Assembly: GCA_051313645.2 (NCBI GenBank)
Contig: JBNRSN020000013.1
Span: 104,594,001-104,658,000, forward strand
Reading direction: 5' to 3'
DNA from: Centroscyllium fabricii
Lineage: Eukaryota
Length of the DNA stretch: 64,000 nucleotides
Below, in pieces: positions 60,901 through 64,000 of the stretch. The stretch's first letter is position 1. Each line of letters starts with the position of its first letter. Under the pieces are notes generated by a model. The model was given only the letters and a program-made list of their open reading frames with translations. It was not told the DNA's origin and made no database searches. The position numbers and the translations under genes were made by a program.

Positions 60901-63900
60901 CCGCTCTCTGTGTCTAACACCCCGCTCTCTGTGTCTAATGCTCCGCTCTCTGTGTCTAACGCCCCACTCTCTGTGTCTAACGCTCCGCTCTCTGTGTCTA
61001 ACGCTCCGCTCTCTGTGTCTAACGCCCCGCTCTCTGTGTCTAGGGCCCCGCTCTCTGTGTCTAACGCTCCACTCTCTGTGTCTAACTCCTCGCTCTCTGT
61101 GTCTAACGCTCCGCTCACTGTGTCTAGCGCCCAGCTCTGTGTCTAGCGTCCCGCTCTCAGTGTCTAGCGCCCCACTCTCTGTGTCTAGCGCCCCGCTCTC
61201 TGAGTCTAGCGCCCCGCTCTCAGTGTCTAGCACCCTACTCCCTGTGTCTAGCGCCCCGCTCTCTGTGTCTAGAGCCCCACTCTGTGTCTAACGCCCTGCT
61301 CTCAGTGTCTAATGCTCCGCTCTCTGCGTCTAACGCCCCACTCTCTGTTTCTAACGCTCCGCTCTCTGTGTCTAACGCCCCGCTCTCTTTGTCTAACGGT
61401 CTGCTCTGTGTCAAACGCCCCACTCTCTGTGTCTAGCGCTCCGCTCTGTGTCTAACACTCCGCTCTCTGTGTCTAACGCCCCGCTCTCTTTGTCTAACGC
61501 TCCGCTCTCTTTGTCTAATGCTCCGCTCTCTGTGTCTAACGACCCACTCTCTGTGTCTAACACTCCGCTCACTGTATCTAACGCCCCGCTCTCTGTGTCT
61601 AACGCCCCGCTCTCTGTGTCTAACGCCCTGCTCTCTGTGTCTAACGCCCCTCTCTCTGTGTCTAACGCCCCGCTCTCTGTGTCTAACGACCCGCTCTCTG
61701 TGTCTAACGCCCCGCTCTCTGTGTCTAACGCCCCGCTCTCTGTGTCTAACGCCCCGCTCTCTGTGTCTAACGCCCCGCTCTCTGTGTCTAACGACCCACT
61801 CTCTGTGTCTAACGCTCCGCTCTCTGTATCTAACGCCCCGCCCTCTGTGTCTAACGCCCCGCTCTCTGTGTCTAACGCCCCGCTCTTTGTGTCTAACGCC
61901 ACGCTCTCTGTGTCTAACGCCCCGCTCTCTGTGCCTAACGCCCCGCTCTCTGTGTCTAATGCTCCGCTCTCGGTGTCTAATGACCCGCTCTCTTTGTCTA
62001 ACGCCCCGCTCTCTGTGTCTAACGCCCCGCTCTCTGTGTCTAACGCCCCGCTCTCTGTGTCTAACGCCCCGCTCTCTGTGTCTAACGCCCCTCTCTCTGT
62101 GTCTAACGCCCCGCTCTCTGTGTCTAACGCCCCACTCTCTGTTTCTAGCGCCCCGCTCTGTGTCCGGCGCCGCTCAGTGTCTAGCGTCCCGCTCTCTGCG
62201 TCTAGCGCCCCGCTCTCTGTGTCTAGCGCCCCGCTCTCAGTGTTTAGCGCCCTGCTCTCAGTGTCTAGCGCCCCGCTCTCTGTGTCTAACGCCCCGCTCT
62301 CAGTGTCTAGCGCCCCGCTCTCTGTGTCTAGCGCCCCGCTCTCTGTGTATAGCGCCCCGTCTCTGTGTCTAGCGCCCCGCTCTCTGTGTCTAGCGCTCCA
62401 CTCTCAGTGTCTAACGCCCTGCTCTCAGTGTCTAACGCTGCGCTCTCTGTGTCTAACGCCCCGCTCTCTGTGCCTAACGCCCCGCTCTCTTTGTCCAGCG
62501 CTCCGCTCTCTGTGTCTAACGCCCCACTCTCTGTGTCTAGCGCCCCGCTCTCTGTGTCTAATGCTCCGCTCTCTGTGTCTAACGCCCCGCTCTCTGTGTC
62601 TAACGCCCCGCTCTCTGTGTCTAATGTTCCACTCTCAGTGTCTAACGCCCCACCCTCTGTGCCTAACGCCCCGCTCTCTGTGTCTAGCGCCCCGCTCTCA
62701 GTGTCTAACGCCCCACTCTCTGTGTCTAGTGCTCCGCTCTCTGTGTCTAACGCCCCGCTCTCTGTGTCTAACGCCCTGCTCTCTTTGTCTAACGCTCTGC
62801 TCTCTGTGTCTAACGACCCGCTCTCTGTGTCTAACGACCCGCTCTCTGTTTCTAGCGCTCCGCTCTCTGTGTCAAACGCCCCGCACTCATTGTCTAACGC
62901 TGGGCTCTCTGTGTCTAACGCCCCGCTCTCTGTGTCTAATGCCCCGCTCTCTGTGTCTAACGCTCCGCTCTCTGTGTCTAACGCTCCGCTCTCTGTGTCT
63001 AACGCTCCGCTCTCTGTGTCTAACGCTCCGCTCTCTGTGTCTAACGCCCTGCTCTCTGTGTCTAACGCCCCGCTCTCTGTGTCTAACGACCCGCTCTCTG
63101 TTTCTAGCGCTCCGCTCTCTGTGTCAAACGCCCCGCACTCATTGTCTAACGCTGGGCTCTCAGTGTCTAATGCCCCGCTCTCTGTGTCTAACGCCCCGCT
63201 CTCTGTGTCTACCGCCCCGCTCTCTGTGTCTAACGCTCCGCTCTCTGTGTCTAACGCCCCGCTCTCTGTGTCTAGGGCCCCGCTCTCTGTGTCTAACGCT
63301 CCGCTCTCTGTGTCTAACGCCCCGCTCTCTGTGTCTAACACCCCGCTCTCTGTGTCTAATGCTCCGCTCTCTATGTCTAACGCCCCACTCTCTGTGTCTA
63401 ACGCTCCGCTCTCTGTGTCTAACGCTCCGCTCTCTGTGTCTAACGCCCCGCTCTCTGTGTCTAGGGCCCCGCTCTCTGTGTCTAACGCTCCACTCTCTGT
63501 GTCTAACTCCCCGCTCTCTGTGTCTAACGCTCCGCTCACTGTGTCTAGCGCCCAGCTCTGTGTCTAGCGTCCCGCTCTCAGTGTCTAGCGCCCCACTCTC
63601 TGTGTCTAGCGCCCCGCTCTCTGAGTCTAGCGCCCCGCTCTCAGTGTCTAGCACCCTACTCCCTGTGTCTAGCGCCCCGCTCTCTGTGTCTAGAGCCCCA
63701 CTCTGTGTCTAACGCCCTGCTCTCAGTGTCTAATGCTCCGCTCTCTGTGTCTAACGCCCCACTCTCTGTTTCTAACGCTCCGCTCTCTGTGTCTAACGCC
63801 CCGCTCTCTTTCTCTAACGGTCTGCTCTGTGTCAAACGCCCCACTCTCTGTGTCTAGCGCTCCGCTCTGTGTCTAACACTCCGCTCTCTGTGTCTAACGC

Positions 63901-64000
63901 CCCGCTCTCTTTGTCTAACGCTCCGCTCTCTTTGTCTAATGCTCCGCTCTCTGTGTCTAACGACCCACTCTCTGTGTCTAACACTCCGCTCTCTGTATCT
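51911..64000. repeat. 21-bp satellite array, block 3, with about 2.4-kb and 3.9-kb higher-order units
   Basis: Same monomer. Variant strings recur at offsets 2400 (52808/55208), 3882 (55208/59090, 56125/60007) and 2358 (59090/61448). Confidence 0.98.

Noticed and set aside
1120-64000. Very many long ORFs encoding (SVSNAPL)n, (CLTPRSL)n, (ALDTESG)n and (VRHRERG)n, up to 1241 aa
   Set aside because: They follow from a 21-bp (7-codon) unit that lacks stops in several frames. Frames switch at 19-bp variant units, most starts are GTG or TTG, and there is no unique coding sequence.

Overview
Eukaryotic heterochromatin-type window, probably vertebrate (inferred from the tRNA-Arg primer site, an ISRE-like motif and CpG decay). 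About 51 kb is one 21-bp satellite (consensus TCTGTGTCTAACGCCCCGCTC) arranged in nested higher-order duplications; nearly all long ORFs in the track are artefacts of this repeat. Three insertions of one LTR family interrupt the array: a partial LTR (1-1182, +), a 10,066-bp provirus (37197-47262, +; 1796-bp LTRs about 99.6% identical; 4-bp TSD GCGG) and a solo LTR (50256-51910, -; TSD CTGT). The provirus looks retrovirus-like rather than ordinary gypsy: its Pol has protease, RT (YVDD), a degenerate tether RNase H and a second intact RNase H. It has no env. gag and pol are in frame, separated by a single TGA in the UGA-CUA readthrough context. The first gag ATG overlaps a tRNA-Arg(TCG) PBS. The integrase catalytic core is missing in frame, and Pol ends in a repeat-rich tail of about 325 aa. 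All three insertions fall in the same CTGTGT segment of the monomer, which suggests a satellite-targeting, env-less, lokiretrovirus/Odin-like element. Family assignment and targeting are inferences that need phylogeny and genome-wide checks.
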